Assembly: GCF_009834535.1 (NCBI RefSeq)
Contig: NC_045697.1
Location: forward strand, 42,596,001-42,660,000
Length of the DNA: 64,000 nt
DNA from: Camelus ferus
Lineage: Eukaryota
Direction: 5' to 3'
Shown in pieces: positions 1-14,105 of the stretch. Under the pieces are notes generated by a model. That model was not told where the DNA came from, did no database searches, and worked only from the letters and a program-made list of their open reading frames with translations. The position numbers were made by a program, and so were the translations under genes. Positions within the stretch are counted from its first letter, which is position 1. The number at the start of each line of letters is the position of its first letter.

Positions 1-1274
1 TGATTTATTTTGTCAGTGAGACTTTTCAGTCTCTCCCATATATATCATTTAACTACAGCTTCTGTCCAGACCTCTTTATCTGTATGAACTTGCAATTCAG
101 AGTCAGATAACGTAATTATACACTATTGCTCATGTAACTTAGGTCTTCTCCACCTTCTCAAAAACAACAGTTGTAATTATTAAGTTGGCTTAATTGTTAA
201 AGATACCATTAGTAATTTTACTGTCTTGATCTTTTTCAAAGTTGATTTTCATGTGTATTATCTCATTTGATCAGCTCAGCAATCTATTGAACTGTTGTTT
301 AATAACAAATAGAACATTTAAAAAATTGTCTTATCTTGAGGAATATCTTAATGTTCATTGTCAGCCAAAATAAAAGAAACCACATACTTGTATAAATGCC
401 ATTGATCAGATAAATAGAACTGTTTCAAACCAAGAGTACATGTTTGGTGTTTTGATTCTCAAAGTAACCATTGGCATTCATTGTTTATAATTGGTAATTG
501 AAATATGTATGAAAATGTATGAAATATGTATGAAAATACACTTTTGTCCAGTTTTCTTTTAATGTTAGTAGTGTTAAGTAATATCCAAAAATGTCCAGAG
601 TCACTCAGAATGTGTCATATCTATAGGTTTCTAAGTTCTATACCAGGATAACTTTATCTCTTAAAGCAGGTTTAATTTTTCAAAATCTATTTTTCCCCCT
701 CTGTGCAAGGCATAGTTGGTATTAACCAGTCCATTTACTAATCAGTGTTTTGTTTTGTCTTTATGAAATAGAATTTCACTATATTGGTTTAACTGTGAAA
801 TAATCAATTTGAAGATTACAAGTATTTTTTTTTAAGATTATGAAACTGGAAATGTACAATTTAAAACCAAAGTTCCCTAATTATGAAACAGCTAGGAAAT
901 GAAAGCATAGCATGTCAGCCTTTGGTTGAGAATTTTAGGCAATTAAGAAGCTGTCTTCCTCATATACACATTTAATTCCTATCATGGAAGGATGGGTCCT
1001 GTTACCTAGCAAATGTCTAGGTCCATTGTTGCTTGCAGGAGAAATTTGCAGGTCAGTTTTTACCAATGATCTTAAACCATGATTGCTAAAGGTGGTTTCT
1101 CAGTGGTGGTCTTTTGTTTTCTCCCTTCTCTATTTAATCATCCTTAAACATTGCTTTCTTTGTATTACTCCTCCTTTCAGAACCTTCAGGAATCCGTTGC
1201 CCGTAGTAAATCCAAACCTCCTGATGTTCAGGAAGTTGAATTCAGCGTGTCCTCCTTTGATCTCCTTGGGTTGA

Positions 1275-1470
1275 TTTATTCACTCATTTAACAGATGTTT
1301 ATTGAGGACCCACTTAGTGCCAGTGGTGTGCCTCATACCAGGGAGCAGCATTGAACCAGGCAGACCAGGAGTCTGCTCCCATGGTGTTTATTTTCTAGAG
1401 AGGGGCAAGAGGCTATAAATCAGTGAGTATATGAATACAGTAATTTCAGCACTTAGGAGATACTGAATAT
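1275..1470 (-). mobile_element. LINE-2 3' end fragment
   Basis: ttcactcatttaacagatgtttattgagga...gtgccag resembles the reverse-complement L2 tail. Confidence 0.65.
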
Positions 1471-1554
1471 CAGAAGCAAATCAGGCTTCCATTGACTTTC
1501 CCCTTTTCCAGTAAGTCCTTTTTTTTTAGATCACTACTGTGAACTACCTCTTAC

Positions 1555-1760
1555 AGACTAGACAGCTTGGATTTGAATATAAGTTCTATCCCTGACTGTA
1601 GGCAAATTACTTATCCTCTTCATTTCTCAATTTATATTATAATAAGGGGTATAAAAATAGCTATTAACTCATAGGGTTCTTGTAAAGATTAAATGAGTTA
1701 CATCTACAAATACTTAAAACAGTGTTTGTTACATAGTTAAGACTCAGTAAGAATAAGGTA
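1555..1760 (+). mobile_element. MIR SINE relic
   Basis: ggcaaattactta...gggttcttgtaaagattaaatgagtta MIR core. Confidence 0.7.
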
Positions 1761-2928
1761 TCTAAAAATTTTTCCTTTTAAAATGTTCTTTCAAATGAAA
1801 GTAAATAAAGGTGAAATATGCACAGCACAGTACCATGTGTAAGTCTCGTATTAATTCACTTATGTGATAAAAACACTTTTGTCTTGTTTGTCTTAAATGG
1901 AAGGAAAAAACACCCCTAAAGTCATCTAAATTCTATTTATTATGCATCCTGCGTCTTTATGACGTGTGTTTAGTGTATGTTAGTAACTTAATGTGTTGGT
2001 CTAGAGTGAACAGAGTGGACTTCTCATTTTAATTAAAGATGACTTGACTTCATCTCCTATATCAATATAGAAATCGATGAACTCTGTGCTGATAGAGTAC
2101 ATGGTTAGGGATTTATTCATTTTTCCGTATCTTTAAAAACATAATCAACTAAATTGACTTTCAGGGATTCTTCCAACACTGCAGTTCTATGAATGACTCT
2201 CTCACTGTTCCTCTGTTCCTACTGTCAGCTGTTCAAGTCACCTCTTGCGTGTACCACTGAGGCAAGCTCCTGATTTGTTTCCCCCATCAGTCTCTTTGCC
2301 CTTGCAGTTTGCCATACATATCACTCTAAATTAATAGTTTTAGAATAATCCTTTCATCATCTACTTTGCTCAAGAAACTACGTATGTTCTCTTTTGTCCA
2401 AAGAGTCAAATACAGATACAGCCCTTAGCTTACTTTCCTTCATAAATAGACATTCTCTATCACTGTTATTGATATTAGACTCTAATTCTCAACATACGCT
2501 CTTCTAGAATGTGAACCCTGTGTTATTACAGTTCTTCATCTTGATCTGTACATAGTTAGCTCATTCATCTAGCCACACTTTTGTCTTAATACAGTATTCC
2601 TAATCTCTGTTCTCCTTCCTGCCTCCCCCTATCTAGACAGACATATATACTTGTTTTCCTGGTGAGTTTAGCTCAAATTTCACCTCCCTCCTGACTCTTT
2701 TTGACGAGTTTGTGATATACCTTTTCCTAAAATACATAGGTTGACTTTCACATTCTGCACTGATATGATGGTATCTATGAATACCATTAAAACATTGCTC
2801 TCTTGAGCATGTAGTAGGGCTGATATAAAGTATATGCTTAGTAAATGATTATTTTTTTGCAGGTTTCAAGGAAGAACTTCCTTATATGTGATTTCTTCTC
2901 AACTAATGATTTCCCTTTGGTTTTACAG

Positions 2929-3038
2929 AGGCTGCAAGTCGGGCCATAGTCCAGTTCTTGGAAATCAATCAGAGTGAAGAAGCCAGTAGAGGTTGGATGC
3001 TTCTGACAACAATTAATTTGTTAGCATCCTCTGGTCAG
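2929..3038 (+). CDS. WDFY3: WDFY3 exon A, 110 nt, phase 1>0 (EAASRAIVQFLEINQSEEASRGWMLLTTINLLASSGQ)
   Basis: ttttacag|AG ... CAG|gtgagt. Confidence 0.95.
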
Positions 3039-4016
3039 GTGAGTTCTTTGTTTTCATGCTTGGCAACGCACCCTCTTTTTTTTTTTTTCAATCCTCTTGG
3101 GGTTTTATGAAATTAAATTTATCATATCCAAATAGGATTTTACAGTAATCATTGTATTCTTCTAATTCTTCTTACTCATTATTCCAGGCTTCTCACAACA
3201 TCTCTATAAAGAGGTTAATGTTTCCATTGTACACATGAGGAAATGCCTGACTTAGAACAGTGTTTTCTATCTTTGTCACGTCCTAACACACACAGATTGT
3301 GGTACCATTGGTACAGCACACTGGGCAAGGAGATGGCCTGCCTGTGGCCACAGGGCAGCGGCCCAGGAGCTCCAGCCCCACAGGCCCAGCCCAACACTCC
3401 TGTAACCCACGTTAGGGAAACTCTGGCTGAGGAAGAATCACCTCAGATTCACGTAAGTTCCCTTAGCTAACAGGGAATAAGGCACATGTAAAATACTTTA
3501 AAATTTTTCTAATTTTTATGGAAAATAAGGAAATATTGGCATTTTCACGATAATATGTATTACCTTCCCACTTGATTCATTCTGCAGATTGCCCTCCCCT
3601 CCTCCCCCTTTAAACCAGCCTTAATCATCTGTCATGATATATATGCCATGTGATCATTTGTGTGCGGTTTGGATACCTGATTATTGACCTGTGACGTTTT
3701 GGGGATGAAGGAAGTTTATTCAACCTTCTAAAATCCAGAATAGAATTACCTATCAAAGCCCATACTGGTCTTGAGAATGGCTATTGTCTAAATTACTGTG
3801 GACTTTCAAACACCTCACGGAGTTTCTGAAAGTGACTGTGACACCAGTCATACTACCACTGACAGGCCACAGGAGAAGCAGTGCGTATTCCCAATTAACC
3901 GTATCCTGAAACTAGTTACTAGCCCGACGTGAGTAGCACTTGGTTTTTTTTTCCCCCTTTGGAATGGCTTGTTTCCTTTTTTGTTTGCTGGTTTGTTTTG
4001 TTTTTTTAAATCAGAA

Positions 4017-4129
4017 AGGAGTCAGACCAACTTGCCCTAATTGAACTAGAGCTGTCAGAGCTTTAGCATAGAGGGCCCACATCCCAGGAATTCCTCAGTC
4101 CAGGGCAAAAGGAGATGTTTATTCACCCT
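4017..4129. mobile_element. Small non-autonomous hAT DNA transposon relic (MER81/MER94-like)
   Basis: cccacatcccaggaattcctcagtccagggcaaa...tcaccct matches my recollection of the consensus; degraded inverted ends. Confidence 0.55.
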
Positions 4130-5279
4130 GAGTAACCTGCAGATAGTCCTAAAGTGGACCATTGTTTTCAAGTATCTGTGACCGTACCCGGTGACTATCG
4201 AAATACCAGTCTACTTGCTGTTGATGGTAGCTATCAATGCCTCTCTATATTACTGTCCAAAACTTGGTTTGGTTTGGAATAACATGTAAAATAGTAATGC
4301 ATAATTGGAGCATTTCTAAATTTTATTCCTATTTTCTGTAGGTATTATATTTTTCTTCCTCAGTTGTGAGCAGAGGCTGTGTCCTACCTAACCTAACACA
4401 CAGTGGAAAGTCATAAATGTGTATTAACTTAAACATACGCAGATGGATAGACGTCCTTAAAAGTACAATGATCAAGAGTAACCTAATTGCTTAGAATTGT
4501 GAATATTGCCAATTACCTTTTAATCTATCAATTGTAAGATGAAAATGAAAAATCATATCATTTTGCTTAATTGGAAGGGTTGGCTAGTAATAATCCAATT
4601 GGAAAAAGAGGCATCTTAAAAGAAAATTCAGTGTTATGTTTTGAGCTGACTTGTTCCCATGCCATTTTCTGCTGGCAGCAGTGAGATACAGGGATGACTA
4701 AAGCATGGTCCTGAATCGACAAGTGTAGATGACAGAGATGAGGTGGACGAAGATAATACTATGAAATGCAATGATGGGCTGTATGTAGTGCTGTGAAAAT
4801 AGAAATGTGGGAGCTATAAATTTTGCAGGTGAAGGTAGGAGGAAAGATGAAGAATTAAGGAAAGTTTCAGGCATGAACAGACACTTGAACTGAGAGTTAG
4901 TTGGAGACATGGGCCTAGAAATAATAAATTGTAGGTGAGAAGAGCAAGGGGCTTTTGAGTGTTACGGGAGGGAAGTGATCGTGGGTATGTAGAAAGGGGC
5001 CAGATCTTGCAAAAGATTGTTCATTAAGCTCTCTCTCCTCCCCATTACCTGGCTGCTGCATTATTTCAGGCCCCATCTCTCATGGTTTTCTGTGCTAGTT
5101 TCCTAATTACGCTCGCTTCCCTGCTCTTTAATCTATTATCTATACTACCATCAGCTAATTTTCTGAAATCTGGTTCTATTACTCCTTTGTTTGTAACACT
5201 TCATTAGGTCCCCAGTGCCAGCAAAATAAAGTAAAAGTAGAATGGGAAACCACATGCACAGGTCGCACAGCATACACAC

Positions 5280-5480
5280 TTGTGGACTGCTTAACCAGCT
5301 CTCTAGCTTGAGGCAGGGTGTGAAAGTGATGAGCCTCAACTGCTTCCTTTGTAAAGTGAGGGTCATACAGTAATAGAACCTACCTTGTGTGGTTGACTTG
5401 AGGATTAGATGAGAGCATGTATTTAAAGTTCTTAGCCTTATGTCTGTTCTATAATAAACACTGAAGATTAGACATTATTA
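5280..5480 (+). mobile_element. MIR SINE relic
   Basis: gagcctcaactgcttcctttgtaaagtgagg...tgaggattagatgag. Confidence 0.65.
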
Positions 5481-6504
5481 TTTTGGCTTTTCAGAAACTT
5501 TGAACTCAGGTTCCTGAAACATACTATACTATATGGCCCAACCTCCTGTATACCCTCTCAGGTGATCTTTCCCCTCTTATTTTAACTCCTACCCTTTTCC
5601 ATTCCACTCCTGGCAGTATTGATTGTTCCCTTTTATATTAGTCTGAATGTACTACCATTATTACACTTAAGAGGTTAACTTACAGGTTTTGGCAAACCTT
5701 GGTAACTGCAGTCTTCTGAAGGGCAGGGGTGCTTCACGATCGCATGCCCAGCTTCCAACACACTGACTGACATGCCCTAGCATTCAGTAAATATTCAATA
5801 GAAAGGTTAATAAACTAATCAACAAATGACTCTAATTTGTTGATCTTCAGCATGGAAAAACTTTTTATTCCAAACTGCACTATGGAAAGATTTTGATAAT
5901 TATTATAGCATTCATCTTAACAATACTGAAATGTTCCCCAAAAGAAGGCCTGAAATTTCTTCCTCTAGTAATCTTTGAAAATAATGTAGAAATATTTTTG
6001 TGTGCCAGTGATGGCTGTATCCTTCAAGTGTCCTTCCAACCCTGGGAATCTACAATAAGAATAAAATAAAAGTGATAGTAAAGCAACTACTAATATATAG
6101 TTTAGTACTTAATATTATCTTTGCATTTATTATCTTATATAACCCTCATATTAATCCTAAGAGGTATGCACCATTATATCCATTTTATAGGAGAGAAAAA
6201 AAAGAGTTAGTAAAATTAGTTTGTCCAATTTCATGGTTAGGTTTCTTTTTCCTAAATCCTAAAGCTTATGTTCTTTGAAGCATGCTGCCTCAACTTAATA
6301 AATAATAAACATCTCAATATTTGATTAAGACAAACAGAAAATGAGTATTCATCAGCATGGAGTCATTTTAAATTTTTTCCAGTCATTTAAAAAGTTATTT
6401 TGATAAATAATTTTCTGGCTTAAAATTTGTGAGTTTCCTTACCTATACCAAGTACAGTTACATCTGTTTGTCTATTCACTTACTTACCGGTTTGTTTTTT
6501 CCAG

Positions 6505-6666
6505 AAAACCGTGGACTGCATGACAACGATGTCAGTGCCTTCCACCCTGGTTAAGTGTTTATATCTGTTTTTTGACCTTCCACATGTGCCTGAGGCAGTT
6601 GGAGGTGCACAGAATGAGCTACCTCTAGCAGAACGTCGTGGACTACTCCAGAAAGTTTTTGTACAG
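6505..6666 (+). CDS. WDFY3: WDFY3 exon B, 162 nt, phase 0>0 (KTVDCMTT...LLQKVFVQ)
   Basis: ttttccag|AAA ... CAG|gtatgg; overlaps ORF 6511..6735. Confidence 0.97.
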
Positions 6667-7317
6667 GTATGGACGGTGCTGTTTGCCTGGCCATCTGTAC
6701 CAGTCTATTTAAAGTACACTAGGTATACTCCTTAAATAGATGCTCTGCCTGTACCATTTTCTATGGTATTTCATACTGTTTATTATAAACTCAGTTTATC
6801 TCTTCTAATGGTCACATTTCTTGAATGTGCACATTTCTTTTGAGAAATATTTGAGTGAGGGATTAACAAGTTTGTTTCTCAACAGACATTCAGTTATTAA
6901 GATTACATTTGATACAGCAAAAACACCTCTAAAATGAACTAAGCAAGGAAAACTTTTATTGGTTATCATTATAAGTTTTGGGTAATATTTCTTCTAATGT
7001 CAAGAAAGTCCATTTTGTTGCTGTCTATATATAGGAAGTCCTTAGCCTATAAATATTTCACTTAGAATAGACAGTTTATTTTAGTGGCCTCTGCCACCTC
7101 CTCTACTCCCTGCCTATAAAAACCCTTCTTTCCCACTGTTGCCACTCTTCTTTAAGTGGCATTAGCAGGTTAAGTAAACCTTTGTTAGCTAGCCTGGAAA
7201 TACTGTCATCATTTTGATACTCTTTCTTGGGAGAACATTTTCAAAACAAGCAAAACTACAAAATTTGAATATCTGTCCACAGGAAAATACAGTATTTAAA
7301 AATACATGTTTGACGCA

Positions 7318-7588
7318 AAAAGGTAAATACTTTGTGATTCCATTTATAAGTGTTTAAAGTAGTCAGACTGAAAAATAGAGCATTGGTTGCTGGGGGCTGG
7401 GGGCTCGGGGGTAAGGAAAAGAATTGTTGTTCAGTGGTACAGAGTTTTAGTTTTGCACGATGAGAATGTTCTGGAGGTGTGTTGCATAAAAGCGTGCATG
7501 TAGTTAACACTGCTGTACTCTATACTTAAAAATTATTAAGATGATTAAATTTTCAGTTATGTGTTTTCACCTCAATTTTAAAAAAAAG
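7318..7588 (+). mobile_element. Old L1 (L1MA/MB-type) 3' end with A-tail, followed by a MIR remnant to about 7700
   Basis: gattccattt...ggtacagagttttagttttgcacgatga...tatacttaaaa...caattttaaaaaaaa. Confidence 0.75.
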
Positions 7589-9052
7589 CCCACACCTGTT
7601 TGAATCCAGTTCTCTGAAATAAAGTGCAGATTTCTCATTTCTAAAATGAAAATGATGACACCTACCTAAAGGGTTTCGGGAGGATTAAGTGAAATGATAC
7701 CCAGAGCTATGGTTCTCTGCTTCAGACATGATAGACATGAGATAAAAATATTTATTGTTTAGTAAATAATTGTGACTGCTGCTGTTGCCGCCGCCACCAC
7801 CACCGGCATCACTGAGAGTAGGATGAGAGAGCAGAGAGGATGGCGGGTCTGCGGTAGTGAGGCAGAGCCCTGTACAGCTGACCTTTGCACCTCCTGTGAC
7901 TGGGGGCCTTGCTGCAGGAATGACTTGGCTTTGCTGAGGTCTAGCAGTAAAGGTTGAGGAGAGGGAGACTAAAGCAGTTTAGAAAGGAAAAGACAGGATT
8001 ATCAATAAAATGCTAATTCAACAAGTATTTATTGAACACTTGATTTATTAAGGTACTTTCATGCTAGTGGTTAACATCCCTTATCTCGTGTTAATTTGCA
8101 CAGCAGCCCGTGACTTCAGAGCTTTTGTTTTCTCTAAAAATGATGATGTGAGTGAATGGCAGAAACAGGCTTAAAACTCAGTTTTATCTGACTTGTCAGT
8201 TAGATTAGATGAGAAAAACGATGGGAATAAATAAAGGAAGAAATCACATAGGAATTAAAGCTGCTTTAAGACATTGCTGACGAATGTAGTGGGTTAGTCT
8301 TTGCTAACCAGAAGAGAGCCCTATTTCAGTAAAGCCCTCCTGAAGAACTAGTTAATACCTTAGGCAATAAATGGAAGCTTAGCTTTATGTATTTAGTACT
8401 AAATAAATATAGCAAAGATTTCTTCTCAAGCTTAAAAAAACTTTTTCCTTATATCTGAAAGCAGTGGGTGCTGACTTTCAACCAAGTGTGGGATTCATTT
8501 TAGTGTATTGGAATCATTGAGTGTTAAGGCCAAAATGAACTCAAAAGAGAATTTAAATGAAACTCCTCATGTCATTTACAGTTATGGAAAGTGGCTGTGA
8601 TCCGCAGCAGCTGCGTGGCGGTGATTAGAACCCAGCTCTCCTGCCTCCTAGTCATGTGCTCCTTTAGGGCATCACTTACCCTTTTTAGTGCCTCACCACA
8701 GGCTGGATGTTGTTTCCATCATTTTGTCTAGAAAACCAATGGAAACAAACTTACTAAATGTTTTCAGAACACACAGTGTTTGTGAGAGATGAAATCCCTA
8801 TGTTTATATTATGTGACAGATGGTTTCCTGGGACCTTAGCGGTTGGTACTGCTTCATGTAGGCACTCTTTTGTTTTGTTTTGTTTTTGTTTTTCATTTTC
8901 TTTGACGTGGCCAATTACTGCTCTGCCACACTTGGCTGGACTTAATAACAGAGTTCCTGCAAACAGAAGTGGTTAGTGTAGGGGCAGAAGAGGAATGAGA
9001 TGTAGACTCTTCAGTTTTCTATTTCATAAATTGAAAAGATTATACTAGATTA

Positions 9053-10961
9053 ATTTTTAATTTTTTTAAATGAAGTATAGTTGATTTATAGTGTTTCAGG
9101 TATACAACGAAGTGCTTCAGTTATATATACATTATTTATTTATATATAAATAAAATCTTTTTCAGATTCTTTTCCATTTTAAGTTATTACAAGATAGTGA
9201 ATAGATTTCCCTGTGCTGTGTAGTAGGTCTTTGTTTATCTATTTTATGTACAGTAGGGTGTATCTATTAAACCCAAATTCCCAATTTATCCCCTGACCAC
9301 TTTCCCCTTTGGTAACCATAAGTTTGTTTTCTATGTCTGTGAGTTTGTTTCTGTTTTGTAAAGAAGTTCATTTTGTATCATCTTTTTAGATTCCACATAT
9401 AAGTGATATATGGTATTTGTCTTTCTCTGTCTGGTTTCACTTAGTATGATCATCTCTAGGTCCACCCATGTTGCTGCAAATGGCATTATTTCTTTCCTTT
9501 TTACAGCTGAGTAATATTCTGTTACATATATATATATATATCACAACTTCCCTGGCCATACATCTATTGATGGACATTTAGGTTGCTTCCATGTCTTGGC
9601 TATTGTATATAGTTCTGCTACGATCATTGGGGTGCATGTATCTTTTTGAATTAGGGTTCCCTCTGGATATATACCCAGGAATGGGATTGCTGAATCATAG
9701 GATAAGTCTATTTTTAGTTTTTTAAGGAATCTCCATACTGTTTTCCATAGTTGCTGCACCAAATTACATTCCCACCAACACTGAAGGAGGGTTCCCTTTT
9801 CTCCACACCCTCTCTAGCATTTTGTGGACTTTTAAAATGGTGGCCATTCTGACTTGTGTGAGTTAATATCTTATTATAGTTTTGATTTGAATTTCTCTAA
9901 TTAGTGATGTGGAGCATCTTTTCATGTGCCTATTGGCCATTGTATGTCTTCTTTGGAGAAATGTCTATTTAGGTCTTATACTTACTCTTTGATTGAGTTG
10001 TTTGGGGTTTTTTTGATACTGAGTTGTATAAGCTGTTCATATATTTTGGAATTTAAGCCCTTGTTGGTTGCATTGTTTGCAAATATTTTTTCCCATTCTG
10101 TAGGTTCTCTTATTTTCTTTATGGTTTCCTTTTCTGTGCAAAAGCTTTTAAGTTTTATTAGGTTCCGTTTGTTTTTGCTTTTGTTTCCATTACTGTAAGA
10201 GACTGATTCAAAAAAAAATTGCTGTGATTTATGTCAGTATTCTGCCTATGTTTTTCTTCAGGAGTTTTATAGTATCTGGTCTTCCATTTAGGTCTTTAAT
10301 CCATTTCTTTGAGTTTATCTTTTATATGGTGTTAGAGAATGTTCTAATTTTATCCTTTTACATGTAGCTGTCCCATTTTCCCAGCACCACTTATTGAAGA
10401 GACTTTCTTTTCTCCGTTGTATATTCTTACCTCTTTTGTCATAGGCTAATTGACCGTAAGTGCATGGATTTATTTTTGGACTTTCCATCCTGTTCCATTG
10501 ATCTGTGTGTCTGTTTTTGTGCCAGTACCATACACTTGATGACTGTAGCTTTGTAGTATAGTCTGAAGTCAGGGAGAGTGATTTCCTCCAGCTTCATCCT
10601 TCTTTCTCAAGATTGTTTTGGCCCTTTTGGATCTTTTGGGTTTCCACACAAATTAAAAAATTTTTTTTGTTCCAGTTTTGTGAAAAATGTCATTGATAAT
10701 TTGATAGGGATTGTGTTGAATCTGTATATTGCCTTGGGTAGTATGGTCATTTTAACAATATTGATTTTTCCAATCCAAGAACATGGTATATCTTTCCATT
10801 TGTTTGTGTCGTCTTCAATTTCTTTCATCAGCATCTTTCAGTATTTGGAGTACAAGTCTCTTGTCCCCTTCAGTAGGTTTATTCCTAAGTATTTTATTCT
10901 TTTTGATGCAATGGAAATGGGATTGTTTCCTTAATTTCTCTTTCTGATATTTTGTTGTTAA
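9053..10961 (-). mobile_element. 5'-truncated L1 (about 1.9 kb; decayed ORF2 C-terminus plus 3' UTR) with a 12-bp TSD
   Basis: Minus-strand ORFs [26 protein letters not shown] and LWKTVWRFLKKLKIDLSYD are L1 ORF2p. TSD tatactagatta at 9041-9052 and 10962-10973. Confidence 0.95.
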
Positions 10962-12454
10962 TATACTAGATTATTTATAAGAATCCTTTTGCTTTTGAAG
11001 ATTAAGAACTAGTTACCTTAAGAGTCAACATCACAAAATTAAATCTAGCTTAGTTTTGAGAACCATGATTTGATTTGGAAATAAGTATTTTATTTTGGGG
11101 TTTGTTTTTATGTTACAAATTAAAGAAATGATCATCTGTCCTTCTAATCACATAAGGGCAGTGTGAGAATCAACAAAAAGTACAATCAGCAATACACCCT
11201 TCTGAGCATATATTTTTTGGCTACAATTGGCTGTCTTTTTTTCATGTATCTTTTTTATTGAATTGGACACATATGGGAAAAGTTACACATACTACATGTA
11301 TTAATGGAAATCCGGTATCCAGTCATTTCTCCAGGTATTTTTTTGTTGGAGGATGCTTGTACTTACTGATTTTATAAATGTTTTGTTGTTTCTCCGAATG
11401 CTTGATCTTTTTTTCCTGTTATGTGTTAGCTGTGAGTGAGAAAATCTTACATTTAAGTAAAATTTTGCATTGAAAGAAATTGGAAAAGCAAGACCTAGCT
11501 CTCTCGGACAAAATACGGTATTTTAAATACTTTTTTCTGTTTAGCATTTTCCTCATAGATATTAAAATACTCAAATTCCATGAAGTACTTTTACTTTAAG
11601 AGAATATAATTATTTTATAAATTATAGCTATTTTATTCATTCTGTATATTTTTAAGAATATTTAGATGAAAAGATTTATTACAGAGAAAAAAGTTAACTT
11701 TTCTTGACACCAAATTGAGATTCAAAGAAAAAAATCCATCGAGGATAGCTGAATTCCCCAAGTAGCAGGCAACCTTAGTGCTGTAAACTCTTATGTAATA
11801 TGTATTTTGCAAATCATAGGTAAGGAATAAATTCTCATTCCAGAGTTTAAGACATGTTGAATTTTCTTTGAAAGCCATGCTTTAGAAGATTTTTGGCTGT
11901 CAGACATAATTAAAAGATACTTCTGAATTAAGATGATTTTATTATTCTAATATCCCCTTCTACTTGTGTAGAAGGTAGAGCAATTTGAAAATGTTTTTAA
12001 AGATCTATTCTTCTGTCCTCGTCTCCCTAAAACTGTCCCTTTTAGAGAAGAAAATTACATTTTACCTATGACAAACTAAGAATTAAAGAACCAAATTAGA
12101 AAACTAAAATGTTGATCTTGAAAGTTACTGTTGATTTATTCCATTTCAGGGTAAAGTATGCAAAAATACATGGTGAAGAGAAGATAGTAAGCATAGAATG
12201 TTTTTTTGAAAAAAAATAAGCAGATAAAAGTAGGGGTGGTTAACTGTCTTACCATAAAACACTTCTAAATTATAGATGTCTTTTTTAATGTTGCCAAAGT
12301 TAGAGCACTCATCATTGTGGCTTTAGTGATATTACTCAGTGCTGACCCTGAACTTTTGAAAGTTTTAATAATTAGATCTAGTCCTTCTCCAGCTCCTTCC
12401 TTTCACCAATCATTCTTTTATTTATATACGTATTTTCTTTGCTTGTTGTTTTAG

Positions 12455-12647
12455 ATCTTAGTGAAACTCTGCAGTTTTGTTTCTCCGGCGGAGGAGCTGG
12501 CTCAAAAAGACGATCTCCAGCTTTTATTCAGTGCAATAACCTCTTGGTGCCCTCCCTATAACCTGCCTTGGAGGAAGAGTGCCGGAGAAGTCCTTATGAC
12601 CATATCCCGCCACGGTCTTAGTGTCAATGTTGTGAAGTATATTCATG
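12455..12647 (+). CDS. WDFY3: WDFY3 exon C, 193 nt, phase 0>1 (ILVKLCSF...VVKYIH)
   Basis: ttttag|ATC ... ATG|gtgaat; ORF 12461..12676. Confidence 0.97.
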
Positions 12648-13918
12648 GTGAATATCTGTTAACATATTTATTTTAGGTCCTCTGAATTTCTTTCACTTAC
12701 TTTTCTCTTCCCTCACATGGTGGCAGATTTATTTTTATCTCTCAGTCCTCCAAAGATTCCATTTTAAATTAAAAAGTATATTTGCCAGGAGAAAAAATTT
12801 ATTTTTTATTTGTGAGGCATTTCAAATGTAAGAAATTCGCATTTGTTCCAAATGATGGATATCTAAAAGAGTTAAAATAATTGCATTAGCATGTAAATGA
12901 TCAATCATAATATAATGAAAGTTCTTTGTCTTCTTTATCATAGCCTGTTCTTCTCTCCTCTTGCTGGAAAAAAAAAAGGCTTTTTTTCTATGCTATTGTT
13001 AAAAGTCTTCTTGAAGATATTTTATAAGTAGACAGTCTGATGCAGAGAAATGAAATTAGGTGGATTCTTTATCAGCACTATGGAGAAATTGTTCATTCTT
13101 TTTAGCTCATATACGTATCAACTGTCCCTTAAAATGTCTAAATAGACATTTGTAGTATTTTTTTTGTGTGTGTGTATATATATATATATCTCACTAAAAA
13201 ATCTTTCAAAATAATTTTTAATACAACTATTTGTTCACTTGCCTGACATCAGTCCATCATTAAACGTTTCTTGCCTCTATTCGTGTGTTAAATCCTCTTA
13301 GCTTTTGTTAAGTGACACTGGGTTTCTTGAGACAAATACATTTTATTAAAGATAAGCAAGGGAAGTCTTTGAAATGCCTACAATCCCCAAAGTCAGTATT
13401 AACTGTCTTAAACTAGTAATATATAGTACAAACATAATTTTAAAATTTATTTCCTGAAATTTCTATATCTCACTGGTCTGTATTTACTCTAATTTAAACT
13501 TTTAACTAGTTAATAGATTTTTTTCCTTAGACTTAAAAGATAGTTTTAATTTTTTTTCTTCCTTTTACTATATTAATATAAAAGATCAAAAATATCATTT
13601 GGCAGCAGGCAGTCATTGTGTTTAATGACAAAACAAATACGATGTAAAAATGATAATAAATGTCAACTTATTTTAACACTTCCTGTGTTACCCTTTGTTT
13701 ACTACTTCGAAGCAGAGCTTTCCCAGTGAATTTGAATCTTCTGTTTACTTTTAGAATGTGTAACATTTGTCTTACAGTATTTTGTAGATACATTAAAATT
13801 TAATGTCTCATTTAATGTTTTGTTAAACACCAGTTAAGAATGAAGAAAATGTTCTTAAGCAATTGACATGAATTATATATATATATTTAATTCTTTAAAT
13901 TTTTTTTTTTATTAACAG

Positions 13919-14105
13919 AAAAAGAATGTTTATCTACATGTGTTCAGAATATGCAGCAGTCAGATGACCTGTCTCCCCTAGAAATTGTTGAAATGTTTGC
14001 TGGGCTTTCTTGTTTCCTCAAAGATTCCAGTGATGTTTCCCAAACTCTTTTGGATGATTTTCGGATATGGCAAGGATATAATTTCCTTTGTGATCTCTTG
14101 CTTAG
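13919..14105 (+). CDS. WDFY3: WDFY3 exon D, 187 nt, phase 1>2 (EKECLSTCVQNM...FLCDLLLR)
   Basis: attaacag|AA ... TAG|gtaaaa; frame continuous with both neighbours. Confidence 0.96.

Noticed and set aside
7772..7957. ORF starting with a poly-Ala/Thr tract
   Set aside because: It is a low-complexity trinucleotide run (GCT/GCC/ACC) next to a MIR remnant, with a GTG start and no exon signals.
9541..10934. L1 ORF2 fragments as an active retrotransposon or domesticated gene
   Set aside because: The element is 5'-truncated and broken by stops and frameshifts, with no ORF1, endonuclease or RT core.
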